Translations under genes and position numbers: made by a program
Assembly (NCBI RefSeq): GCF_036365525.1
Contig: NC_090382.1
Coordinates: 80,491,223-80,555,222 of the forward strand
DNA length: 64,000 nucleotides
Source of the DNA: Heterodontus francisci
Taxonomy: Eukaryota
Direction: 5' to 3'
Part shown: positions 36,990 through 50,423 of the stretch, piece by piece
How the letters are laid out: the number at the start of each line of letters is the position of its first letter
Position numbering within the stretch: the stretch's first letter is position 1
Notes under the pieces: model-generated
Told to the model about the DNA's origin: nothing
What the model saw: only the letters and a program-made list of their open reading frames with translations
Databases searched by the model: none

Positions 36990-39900
36990 GGCATGAATGA
37001 AAAGGTAAATGATCTAGATCTAATTGCCATTACTGAGACATAGTTAGAAGGAGATCAAGGTTGAGAAATAAATATTCCAGGATACACAATGTTTTGGACA
37101 GACAGACAGAATAGCAAAGGAGGAGGGGTAGTCCTGATAGTAAAGGATGGTATAAGGACATTAATAAGAAGGGATCTGGTCTCAGAAGATCATGAAGTAG
37201 AATCAGTTTGGGTCGAAATTAGGAATAGCAGGAGTCATAAAACACTGGTGGGAGTAATTTACAGGCCCCCTAACAGTAGTTGTATTATTGGACAGAACAT
37301 TAAATGGGAATTTATTGGAGCATGAAAAAAAGGTAATGTATTAATTGTGGGGGACTTCAATCCGCATATAGACTGGGACAATCAAATTGGCAACAGTGAT
37401 CTAGAAGATGAATTTGTAGAATGCTTTTGTGACAGTTTCTTGGAGCAATACGTTGTAGAACCGACTAGGGATAAAGCTATCTTAGATCTCTTATTGTGTA
37501 ATGAAGCAGGGTTAATAAGCAATGTCATAGTAAAAGATCCACTGGGAAATAATGATTATAATACCATTGAATTTCATGTTAAGTTTGAAAGTGACACATT
37601 TCAATCACAAACAAGAATCTTAAACTTAAAGCCAATTACGAAGGTATGAGGGGAGAACTGGCTAAGGTTAAGAACAAAGAACAAAGAACAAAGATAATTA
37701 CAGCACAGGAACAGGCCCTTCGGCCCTCCAAGCCTGCGCCGATCCAGATCCTCTCTCTAAACATGTCGCCTATTTTCTAAGGTTCTGTATCTCTTTTCTT
37801 CCTGCCCATTCATGTATCTGTCTAGATACATCTTAAAAGACTCCATCGTGCCCGCGTCTACCACCTCCGCTGGCAACGCGTTCCAGGTGCCCACCACCCT
37901 CTGCGTAAAGAACTTTCCACGCATATCCCCCCTAAACATTTCCCCTTTCACTTTGAACTCGTGTCCTCTAGTAATTGAAACCCCCACTCTGGGAAAAAGC
38001 CTCTTGCTGTCCACCCTGTCTATACCTCTCATGATTTTGTACACATTGTAATTGGGTTAATTGGGTAAATAGACTGGAAGGTATGGTGGTAAATGAACAG
38101 TGGGAAACATTTAAAGAAACAATTCAAAGGGTTCAACAAAAGTACATTCCGTTCAAAAACAAACATTCATCCAGAAAGACCTATCCGTGGATTACTCAGG
38201 AAGTTAAGGAGATTAGACTGAAAGAAGCTTACAATGTTGCAAAAAAATACTAGCAAGTCTGAGGATTGGAAGTGTTTAAGAAACCAGAAAAGGGCCACCA
38301 AAAAGTTGATAAAAAAGGAAAAAATTGAATTTGAGAATAAACTAGCCAGCAATCTCAAAACAGATTGTAAGAGCTTTTTTTTTAAGTACATAAGAAAAAA
38401 GAGAGTGGCTAAAGTAAATGTTGGTCCTTTAGAGGCAGAAACAGGAGAAATCATCATGGGGAATGAGGAAATGGCAGAGGCATTGAACAAATAGTTTGTG
38501 TTTGTCTTCACAGTAGAAGACACAAGTTCCATATCAGAATGGGCAGTAACCTAGGGGCTAAAAAGAATGAGGAAATTAAGGATATTGATATCAGTCAAGA
38601 AAAAGTATTGGAGAAGCTTGAGGGACTAAAATCTGACAAGTCCCCCGGACCAGATGGCCTACATCCTGGGCTTCTAAAAGAGATAGCTGCAGAGATAATG
38701 GATGTGCTGGCTATGATTTTCCAGAATTCCTCAGATTCAGGAATGGTCCCATCAGATTGGAAGTTGGCAAATGTGACATCACTTTTCAAGAAAGGAGGCA
38801 GAGAGAAAACAGGGAACTCCAGGCCAGTTAGCCTAACATCAGTCATTGGGAAGATGCTGGAAACTATTAAGAAAGTCTTAACATTGCACTTGGAAAAGCA
38901 CGGTATTAAAACAAGTCAACATGGTTTTACTGAAGGGAGATCCTGTTTGACAAATTCATTAGAGGTTTTGAGGATGCAACTAGTAGGGTAGATAAAGGGG
39001 AACCAGTAGATGTAGTATACCTGGATTTTCAAAAGGAATTCGATAAGGTGCCACATAAAAGATTAATAGGCAATGGCTCATGGTGTTGGGGTAATATATT
39101 AGCATGGATAGAGGATAGGTTAACAGACAGGAAACAGAGAGTGAGCATAAAGGGGGCATTTTCAAGTTGGCAGGCAGTGAATAGTGGGGTGCCGCAAGGA
39201 TCAGTGCTGGGGCCTTAGCTATTTACACTCTATATTAAAGAATTGGATGAAGAGACAGAGAGTAATGTATCGAAGTTTGCTGGTGATACAAAGCTCAGCG
39301 AAAAGGTAAGCTGCGAGGAGGATGTAGAGAGGCTGCAAAGAGATATCGACAGGTTAAGTGAGTGGGCAATAAGATGGCAAATGGAGTATAATGGAGGGAA
39401 GTGTGAAGTTGTTCACTTTGGTCATAAAAATAGAAAATAATGTTTTTTTTAAAAAAAGGTGTGAAACTGGTAAGTGTTGATGTTCAGAGAGACTTGGGGA
39501 TACTCGGGGATAACAAAGTTAACATGCAGGTGCAGCAGGCTATTAGGAAGGCAAATGGCATTTTGGTCTTTACTGCAAGGGGATTGGAGTACAGGAATAA
39601 AGAAGTCTTATTAAAATTGTACAGGGCTTTGGTGAGACTGCACCTGGAATATTGTATGCAGTTTTGGTCTCCACATTGAAGAAAGAATATACTTGCACTG
39701 GAGGCAGTGCAACGAAGATTTACTAAATTGGTCCGTGGGATGAGGGGGTTGTCCTATGACGAGAGGCTGAGTAAATTGGGCCTATATTCTCCGGAGGTTA
39801 GAAGAATGAGAGGTGATCTAACTGAAACATACAAGATTCTTAAAGGGCTTGATAGGGTAGAAGCTGAGAGATTGTTCCCACTGGTTGGGGAATCTAGAAC

Positions 39901-40200
39901 ACGGGGACACAGTCTCAGGATAAGGGGTCAATCATTCAGGACCGAGATGAGGAGAAATTACTTCACTTAAAGGATTGTGAATCTATGGACTGCTCTACCC
40001 CGGAGAGTTGTGCCTACTCCATTATTGAATAAATTTAAGGCTGGGATAGATAGATTTTACCTCCCGCAGGGAATCAAGGGATATAGGGAGCAGGCAGGAA
40101 AGTGGAATTGAAGCCCAAGATCAGCTATGATCGCATTGAATGGCAGAGCAGGCTCGATGGGCCATATGGCCTACTTCTGCTCCTATTTCTTGTGTTCTTA
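36990..40200 (+). mobile_element. CR1 LINE ORF2 (APE + RT), decayed, with a nested CR1 3' end
   Basis: GVIYRPPNS, GDFNPHIDW, KSPGPDGLHP, SQHGFTEGRSCLTN, KFAGDTKL and tail ctatttcttgtgttctt. Confidence 0.9.
37670..38045 (-). mobile_element. Younger CR1 3' end nested in the CR1
   Basis: YKIMRGIDRVDSKRLFPRVG...FFTQRVVGTWNALP and an (AAGAACA)n tail on the plus strand. Confidence 0.85.
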
Positions 40201-40729
40201 AAGTTAATTTTACAAATTGCTTTTTCAGTGGGAATTGTTTATTTTATTAATTGATAACTCAGTGGTGGGGGAGGAGATTGGAAGTGTTGCTGACATTTTG
40301 TTTGTTACATCTGGGCACAGGCACCTTTGAAAATTTTAATGAATCTGAAGGGTTTGATGCCCTTTAAAAATGGCACCAGCTCCTGCACGATGGCACAGGA
40401 CGCCACTGTGGGGATGCAGCAGCTGCCTCCTCTACGTCATCTTGGGCAACCACTCTGACCCCTCCATTTAAATGAGCCCCCACACAAAATATCGCGGGGG
40501 CTCAGCGGCGGTGCTTCCGTGTCTTATTTGAAACAATTTTTGTTTAGAAAAAAAAAAATCAATTTTAGCATGAATTTATTACAGGAGATCTATCTGAGCA
40601 ATGAGTCAATGAGTTTATCCAATAAGGCTAGATGGTCCTAGGTTACATTCCTGTTCTGTTTTGAGTTTTCTGATCTTAGCCTGAGTGTCAGTAAGGGCTT
40701 CATAATTGGCCTTAATGCCCTTTGGGTTA

Positions 40730-41640
40730 AGGGGACCCGAGGATTGGAGGTCTGTGAGCATTGTACCATTGTTTAAAAAGGGTGCGAAGGATAGGCCAAA
40801 TAATTATAGGCTGGTCAGTCTGACTTCAGTAGTGGGTAAATTATTAGAATCAATTCTGAGAGATTGGATAAACTGCCACCTAGAAAGGCACAGATTAATC
40901 AGGGATAGTCAGCATGGATTTGTTTAGGGAAGGTCGTGTCTTACTAACAATTAAATTTTTTGAGGAAGTAACAAGGAGGATTGATGAGGGTAATGCAGTG
41001 GATGTGGTCTACATGGATCTTAGTCAGGCATTTGACAAGGTTAGAAAAATAAAAGCCCATGGGATACAGGGGAATGTGGCAGGTTGGGTCCAAAATTGGC
41101 TCAGTGACAGGAAACAAAGGGTAGTGGTCAACGAATGTCTTTGCAAATGGAAAGTGGTTTCCAGTGGCGTTCCACAGGGCTCAGTGTTGAGTCCCTTGCT
41201 GTTTGTGATATATATCAATGATTTGGACTTAAATGTGGGAGGCTTGATTGGGAAATTTGCAAATGACACAAGAATTGGCCGTATAGTTGATAGTGAAGAG
41301 GATAGCCATAGACTCCAGGATGATATTGGTTTGGATCTGCTTCCCCTAGCAGAGACGTCAATTACCAGGGGGCACAGATTTAAGGTGATTGAAGGATTAG
41401 AAGGGACATGAAGAAAAGCTTTTTCACTCAGAGGGTGGTGGTTGTCTGGATCAATGGTGGAGGTAGAAACCCTCAATTCATTTAAAAGTTACCTGGACAT
41501 GCAGCAGAAGTGCTGCAACCAGCAAGGCTATACACCAGGTGCTGGAAGGTGGTATTAGATTGGGCGGCTGGTTTTTTTTCAGCTGTCACTGAATGGCCTC
41601 CTTCAGTGCTGTCACTTTTCTATGGTTCTTCTATGATTCG
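40730..41640 (+). mobile_element. CR1 RT fragment with internal deletion
   Basis: PEDWRSVSIVPLFKKG, GVPQGSVLSPLLF and KFANDT. Confidence 0.85.
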
Positions 41641-42664
41641 AGGGCAAGTAGGGGATATCAGTCAGGATTCCTAATCCTGATCACTGTTAAGTGTACCCGT
41701 GCAAGAAATTTACACGCATGAACATCATTGGAGAATGGGATAAAGCTCAACTGTGTTATCTCCCTGCAATCAAATAGGATGCTAACATTTGACTGTCACA
41801 ACACACATGAAAAATTCGAAAGTTATTTAGCCGGTTTGGATGGAAAACCAGAGGACGCCTAAACTTTGAAGAGAGTCATAGATTTATACAGCACAGAAAC
41901 AGGCCCTTCGGCCCATCGTGTCTGTGCCGACCATCAAACACCTAACTGTTCTAATCCCATTTTCCAGCACTTGGCCCGTAGCTTTGTATGCTATGGCATT
42001 TCAAATGCTCAGCTAAATACTTCTTAAATGTTGAGGGTTCCTGCCACCAATAAAAACCCAGCCACTTTGCCAGCACACTCAGGATCAGTAATACATTTTT
42101 TGAAATTTCTGCAAGTATTTTCTGTTGCTAATGTGTTTTTGTTTTCATTTTAATTACTTTGTGGAATGTGATGGTTGATAGTTGGTGAATTACAAGACAG
42201 TAATCCAGCAAGAACATTATATACTGAGAGAATCTTGATTATTTATTCATTACCGCCAGATTACTGTCCTGTGATTCACTGTAAAGTGACTTGTGTCATT
42301 AAAATATTAATCAGGACAGCAAATTTCTGATGGTTTTAAGGAACAGTGTTTATGGTGCTAGTTGCTTTGATATATGGGTGTTTTCAGTAGAAAGAAACGG
42401 CCTAGCATAGGTCTTTCAAGATGTCAAGTTATATTTAATAGTGAATTGGGTAGTTACTACTCTCAATCTATTACATACTGTGCAACAAGAGTTCCTATAA
42501 ATACCTAAAGTTGATATAAGAATAACATCTTACAAGGATATTTTGGGGTGTTGCTTATAGTAAGTCAGGTGTTATGCAGTTTTATTAGGAAAATAGGGTT
42601 ATACCATGTATTATTCTGCTACGATGCAGCTGTATTTAAGTTCCAAACAGTTTTATTATCTCCC

Positions 42665-43440
42665 CTCTGCTACCTTGGGTCCACGGTGACAGACAATCTG
42701 TCCCTTGATGCAGAGCTTGTTACACGCATTGGGAAAGCAGCTACCACCTTTGGCTGACTCGTGAAATGGGCATGGGATAAACCAAGCTGACCCTTAGGAC
42801 CAAGCTGATGGTTTATAAGGCCTGTGTTCTCAGCACCTTGCTGTATGGCTGTGAAACATGGGCAACCTACAGCAACCAGGAAAAGAAGCTCAACAATTTC
42901 CATCTTCACTGTCTGTGGCACAATATGGGTATATCCTAGCAGGACAAAAATCACAAATGCGGCAGTCCTCTCAAAAGGAAGAGCTCCCAAGTGTGTTGGC
43001 GCTAATCAAATAGAGTGGAACGGACACATCCACAGGTTGGAAGACGGTCACATATCCAAGGACCTTCTGTATGGTGAGGTAGCCGGGGCCAGACGACCAG
43101 TGGGGTGCCCAAAGCTGCGTTTCTGGGATGCTTGCTCACGTGACATGAAGGCTCTAAATGTCAACTATCGCACCTGGGAGTCACCAGCTGGAGAAACAGG
43201 GAAATGCGATACATCCTGTGAACTAGTATGCACTACCATGACTAGCAGCTAGGCCACAGGCGCCCATGTCAAAAACAACTCAGCGTCACTTGGCAGCTTC
43301 ATATGCAGCACTTGTGACAGAACCTGCCTCTCAAGGATTGGCTTCACAGCCAAAAGGTGCCCCAAGAGAAGACACCCCACCTAAATAGATTGTTTGCTGT
43401 GTATCCATCATCGTTCATAGATGGAAGGATGCCAACCTAC
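42665..43440 (+). mobile_element. RTE-clade LINE 3' fragment (old)
   Basis: YLGSTVTDNLSLDAELVTRIGKAATTFG and GHIHRLEDGHISKDLLYGE. Confidence 0.8.
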
Positions 43441-44369
43441 CGGATGACCCAACTGAGGTATAGTTCCGTGGGCACCCATAGCCGTCCAATACTTCAGCCA
43501 AGTAACTATTTTTATTTGTGAGCCTATACAGTAAGTCTTAGCAGGCAATTCAGTCAAAGTAGGAAACATTACTGAGGCAGGTTCTGTCTCAAGTTGATTG
43601 TCACACTTGAGAACAATGAAAAGCAGGAACCCTGGTTGATTTCTTTACCATAGCCTGAAACTAATTAATGTCCCAGCTGAACTCACTTGATAACACCGAC
43701 CAGGAAACAGATCAGGGATCTGGATTAATTAATCTGCTGACCCACATCTTTGAGTTATCCCTTGGCAATTGGAGAGCCCTTTAATTTTATTGATGGTCAA
43801 TGAAATCCTCCATCAGTCTCTAAAACTCCACTCCCCCCACCCAAACCTACTAAATTATGTAATGTTTCTTCATTTGTTATTATTCATAAACCACAGGGTT
43901 CTAATTCAGAAGCAGGTTAACTTAGATATTAAACCTGTAGCAAGGATGGATCGGCCAATGTTCATTTCCCTAATTTCTCTTGGTCTGATAAATCCAGATA
44001 AACATTTAGAAAAATTATGAGGATTACTGCAAGTGGCAGATTTGCACTTGTCTAAGGTCACCCTCCTAAAAGCTGATATAGGAAATGGTTGTAGTTCCAG
44101 CCAAATGGTCTTTGGCATAAAAATAGGTTGCCCCTGCTGGTTGGTAACAATATGGGATATTCTCAACAGATTGCTCAGCTATTGAGGGATGGAGTTGCCC
44201 AGTGCATATCTAACACATAATGGAAGCACTGCTTTAATTTATGAATAGGTATAGCTTTATCCCCAAAATGTGAAATCAAACTGTGCACAGCATTCTCATC
44301 TGTGGTCTATTTCAGAGGCATGTGGAGGATGAGAGAGTCCAAGAGCACTCTCCCCTTGGAAAGGTGAAT

Positions 44370-44714
44370 GGGTGGCACAGTGGTTAACACCGCAGCCTCA
44401 CAGCTCCAGCGACCCGGGTTCAATTCTGGGTACTGCCTGTGTGGAGTTTGCAAGTTCTCCCTGTGTCTGCGTGGGTTTTCTCCGGGTGCTCCGGTTTCCT
44501 CCCACAAGCCAAAAGACTTGCAGGTTGGCAGGTAAATTGGCCATTATAAATTGCCACTAGTATAGGTAGGTGGTAGGGAAATATAGGGACAGGTGGGGAT
44601 GTGGCAAGAATATGGGATTAGTGTAGGATTAGTATAAATGGGTGGTTGATGGTCGGCACAGACTCGGTGGGCCAAAGGGCCTGTTTCAGTGCTGTATCTC
44701 TAAACACTAAACAC
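44370..44714 (+). mobile_element. HE1/V-SINE-type SINE
   Basis: Same family as the other copies, with a short AATG duplication. Confidence 0.85.
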
Positions 44715-47129
44715 AATGATGACATTAGGTAGAAGGGACAGGATGTTAAGGAGAGGAAAATTTTCATGCTGCATATCAATGCATTTTTACTGGAAGGTGG
44801 TTTCCAATCACACTACTTTATTCTTTTACTGGGGATAATAAACAGTGAGCCTCGAATCACAGAGAAGATCATGAGAAGGGCCTGGATTAATTAATCTTCT
44901 GATTTTCCCTCCATAACTATGGGCAAGTGCCTAGCATCCATTCAGTATGAACAGGAGGACAAAGGTTCAATTGATATTATAAACTATGATAGTAAAAATT
45001 TAAGCAGTTTCCAAATGTTATCAAGACCCTGAAATAAAATAACAGCCTTGAAATCAATCCGATCTGTTCCTTTTCATTGCACATGTATACATTGCCCTGA
45101 AATTGCAGCATGAGATTTCTCTGCTATTTTAGTGAAGGTATTTTCCATTCATTTTAAATGGGTTAATACCATCTCTAAAATAGTGGAGAGGAATTTCAGA
45201 ATAGTTTTCTAAGCATTTATACATTAATATCACACAACATAATTTCAGGTCATACATATGTTTTGTTGGGGCCAATTTTATTTTGTTTGGATCTGGTGGA
45301 ATAATTGTAAATATTTCTCAACATTTTATTGGACTCAAGTTGTCCCATCACAAAATGATAAAATCAACTTTGATGTGAAGAGATTTTCAGATCAAAAAAG
45401 CCATGAATTGCGGTTTATGAATGAGTAAAGGCGAAAGTCAGAAACCCACAAAACAGACTTTATTCATTCATTCCAAAAATATGGAGAACAATTTTCATCA
45501 GCATATCACCCTATTTTACAGCATGAACAGCACAAAGGCAGATTAAATTATTAAAACGCCTCACACACCTTTACCTCCTGATGTCTGTTTTACTTGATTT
45601 TCAAGCAGGCCTTTAAGTAGATGACCATCACGCCACCTCCAACACCCCCCAAAACAGCCACCCGAGTCTTGACATATTTAAATCAGGACCCCGTGCTGTT
45701 GTTAGGACCCCAATACAATTTTGGTCTTCCACTGGGCAGGGTGTGGCTGAAGTAGCAGTCCTTGAAGGAGCAGCAAGCTGCTCAAAAATGTTCCTAAACA
45801 TATTTTTCCAATATATTTTTGCAGAGCCAGAAGGCACCACTGAATATTCTGTTCTCCCTCCCTGATCGGTGAGCTGTGCCAGTGCTCGTTCTGAGCTGGC
45901 AGCTCACTGATATTATCCAAATGAGACGCAACCACCATACAGTTGGACCCATGGAGTTTTGCTCCTGTGATTAGTGTAAATACTAACTATTGAGCTTGAT
46001 GAACCAAACAATTTCAGTCAGGATCTAGCAGTCAAAGGGGCAGGACTGTGGCAGAGACTTGTCCAAACTTTTTTTGTTCAGATACACTCCATAAAACATA
46101 ATTCATGTTAAACTGCATCATGCCACTTGTATGATGTTCTTATAAGAAAACTGGTAAATGGTTCTTCTGTCTCGTCAAATAAACAAAAGTATGTTGAACA
46201 TTTCGGTCATGAAAGCATTATCTCCTCGATTCATGTGCTGGAAAGAATTCAACTACACTGAACTAATCATAAAAAAAGTTTTATAGACTTATATCTGAGG
46301 GTCAACCACTGGATAGCCCAGAATCCCCAAAAAACTACAACTGTTGATCTTTGAAATGCAAAAAGTCTAGCTGGTTTGGTCAATATACAGAAGGGATTTA
46401 TCCGGTAAAAGGAAGATTTATCTCAATGGAAGGATCTTGCTCATTTACAATTGTTTGCATCAGACTTGTTAAAAGAAAAATAATGAAACCTGTAAAAACA
46501 CCTCCCGTCTTCTACCATTCAAACTGGAACTTGCTGCTCTTATCTGATAAGATGGTGTGGATATTTTCCTGCTGGCCGAGGTCTGTTCTTCGTGACTGAT
46601 ATCTGGATTTGGCTGAACTAGAGAACAAGCTGTTTTGCATTCATCCAATTTCTTGATTTTAATGCATTCAGAGATATCTTAAAATTAAAAAGCATATCTT
46701 AAATAGTATTTTTTTTAATGAATTGTTTAGTAGGCCATCACAAAGCATTTACTTTTTTAATTTAACTTTTTTAATTAGTATTTCAGGAAAGGCTGACAGA
46801 GAATATTTTTTTAAGGTTAAAATCAATTACTGGCTGTTTCTTTTGGAAATTTGCATGTTATACTTGACTCTTTTTCTTCACTGTTTTCCTGAAGGTGGAG
46901 ACTCTTGCTGGAGATCAGCTAACTCATCAAAAGATCATTTCTGTCCTAGTCTATGTGGCTCAACTACCTACTGGATATATTCACTGAATGATTGTAGCCA
47001 GCTTTTTTAAAAAGCAAACATTTGTACTCAATGAAATGAAGGATATTAGTGCTACAAAGTGAAACATTTTCCTATTTAAAGTAGCCAGTGTCAAAAGCAA
47101 GTATTCCTGGGTCAGGTCATAGCTCAGGT

Positions 47130-47555
47130 AGTTTTTTTTATTCATTTCTGGGTTTTGTGCATTTCTGGCAAGCCCAGCATTTATTGCCCATCCATAATTA
47201 CCGTTGAGAAGGTGTTGATGAGGCACCTTTTTGAATACTTGCTAAGCCATTTCAGAGGGCAGTTAAGAGTCAACCACATTTCTGTGTGTTTGGTGTCACA
47301 TGTAGGCCAGATCAGGTAAGGGCAGCAACTTTCTTTCCCTACAGGACATTAGTGAACCAGATGGACTTTTACAACAATCTGGTAGTTTAATAGTCACCTT
47401 TGCTGATTCATTAACTATGCTGGAATTACAAAGTTAGAATTACATTTAAATTCACCAGCTGCCATGCTGGGATTTGCAATATCATCCTCCAGATCATTAG
47501 TCCAGACGTCTGGATTACTAGTCCTGTAACATAACCACTATGCTACCATACCCAC
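47130..47555 (-). mobile_element. Second head+tail SINE-like derivative of the 24110 LINE
   Basis: tRNA-like head and central region as in 24110-24420. The tail is about 30 nt longer than in the 22205 copy. Confidence 0.72.
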
Positions 47556-47700
47556 TATTGGCTACAGAAACCAACTTCCTCTTTTACACCCCAACTTAAG
47601 AGCATATGCTTGCATACCATCTTGCTTTTTTAGTTCAAGCCTGAATGTTATCACCAGGTGAATATTTAATAGCTATATATTTGCTGAAAACAGAGACATT

Positions 47701-47736
47701 TTGTCGAAGCTTTTCATCTTGCACTCATCAGGACAA
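47701..47736 (-). ncRNA. Minimal type I hammerhead ribozyme motif
   Basis: TTGTC CTGATGA GTGCAAGAT GAAA AGCT TC GACAA: 5-bp stem I, canonical core, palindromic stem III, UUC site. Confidence 0.75.
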
Positions 47737-48883
47737 TCTGCAAGAATACCAATGTTAGCAAAAGCAACAAATGTATACTGTATTAGAGAGTGCGCTGATT
47801 GGTTGGCAAGTGGACTTTGGTAGAGGCATTGCCATGGAGAATGCACCAGTTTATGGTGACTGACAGTTAACTGCTAAGCCTTGTTCGAAATTTAAACCAG
47901 GCAGCTTGACTCCGATTGATCAAGGTATTGCCCTGAGGAATGAACCAGCGAATGGCTGTTGCTTATTTTGTTGAGCTGAAACAGATGCAATGTGTGTACA
48001 TGTTCTTTCTGTCTGCAAAGAACAGGGCCCTGTGTATTAATATATGTAGCTTTCAGTATGTGCAAATGTGCCACACTGAGCCTGACTGACAATCTTAAAT
48101 TGGTTGTCAGCGTAATTCTTAGCACAGAGGATTATTTAGCAAATGTTGTCCAATTGCAGAATTACATCTAAAATTGGACACTGTTGAGTTTTGCAAGCAC
48201 AGGCTGGTTGGATACGGCCCGTACCTTGCCCGTTGCGAACAGTGGAAGAGACATGTTTGATACAATCCGCCAGTCTTTGGGATGCACTGCCTATATACCT
48301 AGCATCACACTGGCATTGAAATTCTTATATCACATTACTCATTTGAGCAACAGGTGAAACTAGCTGTTTCACACTGCTACTATACAGTAGCAAAATCTAT
48401 GGTGTTCGCCACTAACAGGATACTGCTGTCAAGTTAAAGTTAAAAAGACGTCCTGCCTATCACACAAATGAGTAACAGGTTGTACCCAACCAGCCTGTGC
48501 TTCCAAAACTCTGAACAGTGTCCAACATTAGATGTGATTCCACGATTGGACAACATTTGCTAAATAACCCTCAGTGTGCTAAGAATTACGCTGACAACCA
48601 AATTTAAGCTGGTCAGTAGGGCTCGCAGTATGGCACATTTGCAAGTACTGGAGGCTACATATATTAATACTATACTAATACAGTATTCTTGCATACTGAA
48701 AGAATAGGGCCCTGTGTATTAAGAGAGTCAAGCTGCCCGATTTAAATTTCCAACAAAGCTTGACATTAACTGTCAGTCACCATAAACTGGTGCATTCTCC
48801 ATGGCAATGCCTGTACCAATCAGCACTCTCTTCTCATACAGTATAAAGTTGTTGCTTTCCCCTACAATGGTTATTCTTGCAGA

Positions 48884-48919
48884 TTGTCCTGATGAGTGCA
48901 AGGCAAAAAGCTTTGACAA
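48884..48919 (+). ncRNA. Mutated copy of the same hammerhead motif
   Basis: TTGTC CTGATGA GTGCAAGGC AAAA AGCT TT GACAA. G12 is lost, so probably inactive. Confidence 0.55.
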
Positions 48920-48947
48920 TACATCTCAATTTTCAACAATACTCAAA

Positions 48948-49873
48948 TGTTAAATTTTGGAGTTTTCAAAGGGGGTCATGTAAAGGCCACTTGAATTTGA
49001 AAGAGTGTCCCTGGAAATGTTTTTTTTTATAAAAGGGGCAGGCACTGAGAGATCTTGAGGAAAACAAGCCTTTCCGGGAAACCACCTGACTTTCAGCTCA
49101 ATAAACAACAGAGAACTTTGGACACCTGGAGAAATTGTTTACAAAGAAGTAACAGTCAAGATTGATGGAGGTCAACAGGATAACCTCCTGTTGTCGGGTT
49201 CACTTTTGAATTGTTTGGAGTTGGGGTTGAACTGTAAAAACAAAAGAGAGCTTCCAAGGCGAGAAGAGAATTCCCAAGGAAGGAGTAAATACCACAACCC
49301 AGCTCAGCTTTCCAGCACCCCTCTAAAAGACCCTGAGAAGTCCACTGTTTTAATTTATCTTATCCTGTTTTTGAAGAAAAGCCTGCTAAATTAATTCTCA
49401 ACGCCGCCTGAAAAGAACTGTTCCAAAAGATCCCAGTGACCCGTCTACATATACTCGGAGGCCAGACTGTATGCCAGTTTTGGAACACAACATATCTCAT
49501 CTGCTGTTTCTTCAAGGATGGGCAAGTATTCAGTCTGTGTTTTTTTTGTCTGTAATAGAGCTCTAAAAACAAAAATCCCTTTATTTTTCTGGTTAACCGG
49601 TATTTGTGTGTGTGAGCGTGAGGGACTAAGGTAAAAAGGGAACTTCAATATTTCAATCTATGTGTTTATGCTTTACTTCATTACTGGTTAAGACTGGTTT
49701 TATAATATGCTGATAATCTTGTTTATTAAAGAAACCTGTTGGTGTGTTTTATTCTGGGATAGAGTCTATGATTGTCCGTATCAATAAATGGGAAAACATT
49801 TAAATGTATGTTGTGACCCCTCGAGAATTGGAACTAGAATAAACAGTGCACTCCTCTCACCTCAGTCGTAACA
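48948..49873 (+). mobile_element. LTR-like sequence (5' boundary uncertain)
   Basis: Ends AATAAA...ctcctctcacctcagtcgtaaca, the reverse-complement analogue of the 1669 and 52745 termini. Confidence 0.55.
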
Positions 49874-50423
49874 CACTTGCAAAAGAAATTACTTACCATC
49901 TGCATGGCTCAAAAAGGTAGGTCCAAGTCAACTTCTCCAAGTTCAAGGCTTAAAACACAATTTGTCTGGTATTACTCCAAAGGGGCTTTAGGTTGGTGTT
50001 CTCAGAAAAAAAAGTGAGAAGTGGCACAGGAGGAGGATATTTGACCCATCAAGTCTATTATACCCATGCCACCTCTTGAATAGAAGGAATCTGTTTGTGC
50101 TTGATTTGGGCATAACCATTCCATTTACACCCATGTTCCAGAAACTTATACAATCCCCGGTAAACAGAGAAAAGAGCAGAGATTCAGTAAAATGGGTCTC
50201 CACCCCTTTTTTCCTTTGGATCACACCTGGGTTTGCACCCAGGAACTAAACATTCTCCAGGAACAGAGCAGAGGAAAATCAGCTCTGGTATCTTCAGTTT
50301 CTACTGCCATTAAGGACACAGAAATTATTAAGGCTTCATGCAATGTAATTGGGAGAGGAACTACTAAGATTAATGCACCTAATTTAACAATGATCTAATA
50401 ATAATAATGGTTAGGGATGAAAC

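Larger units (their letters stand above)
47678..48941. mobile_element. Second Penelope family: head-to-head inverted pair of 3' ends
   Basis: Minus arm encodes a GIY-YIG relic (QMSNVI.EFQCQCDARYIG..SQRLAD). Plus arm from about 48343 repeats the 3' end. The outer arms are inverted repeats. Confidence 0.8.

Noticed and set aside
45200-46650. Possible SGMS2 or PAPSS1 exon remnants
   Set aside because: The frames inspected gave no match to recalled motifs. A tBLASTn is needed to exclude them fully.
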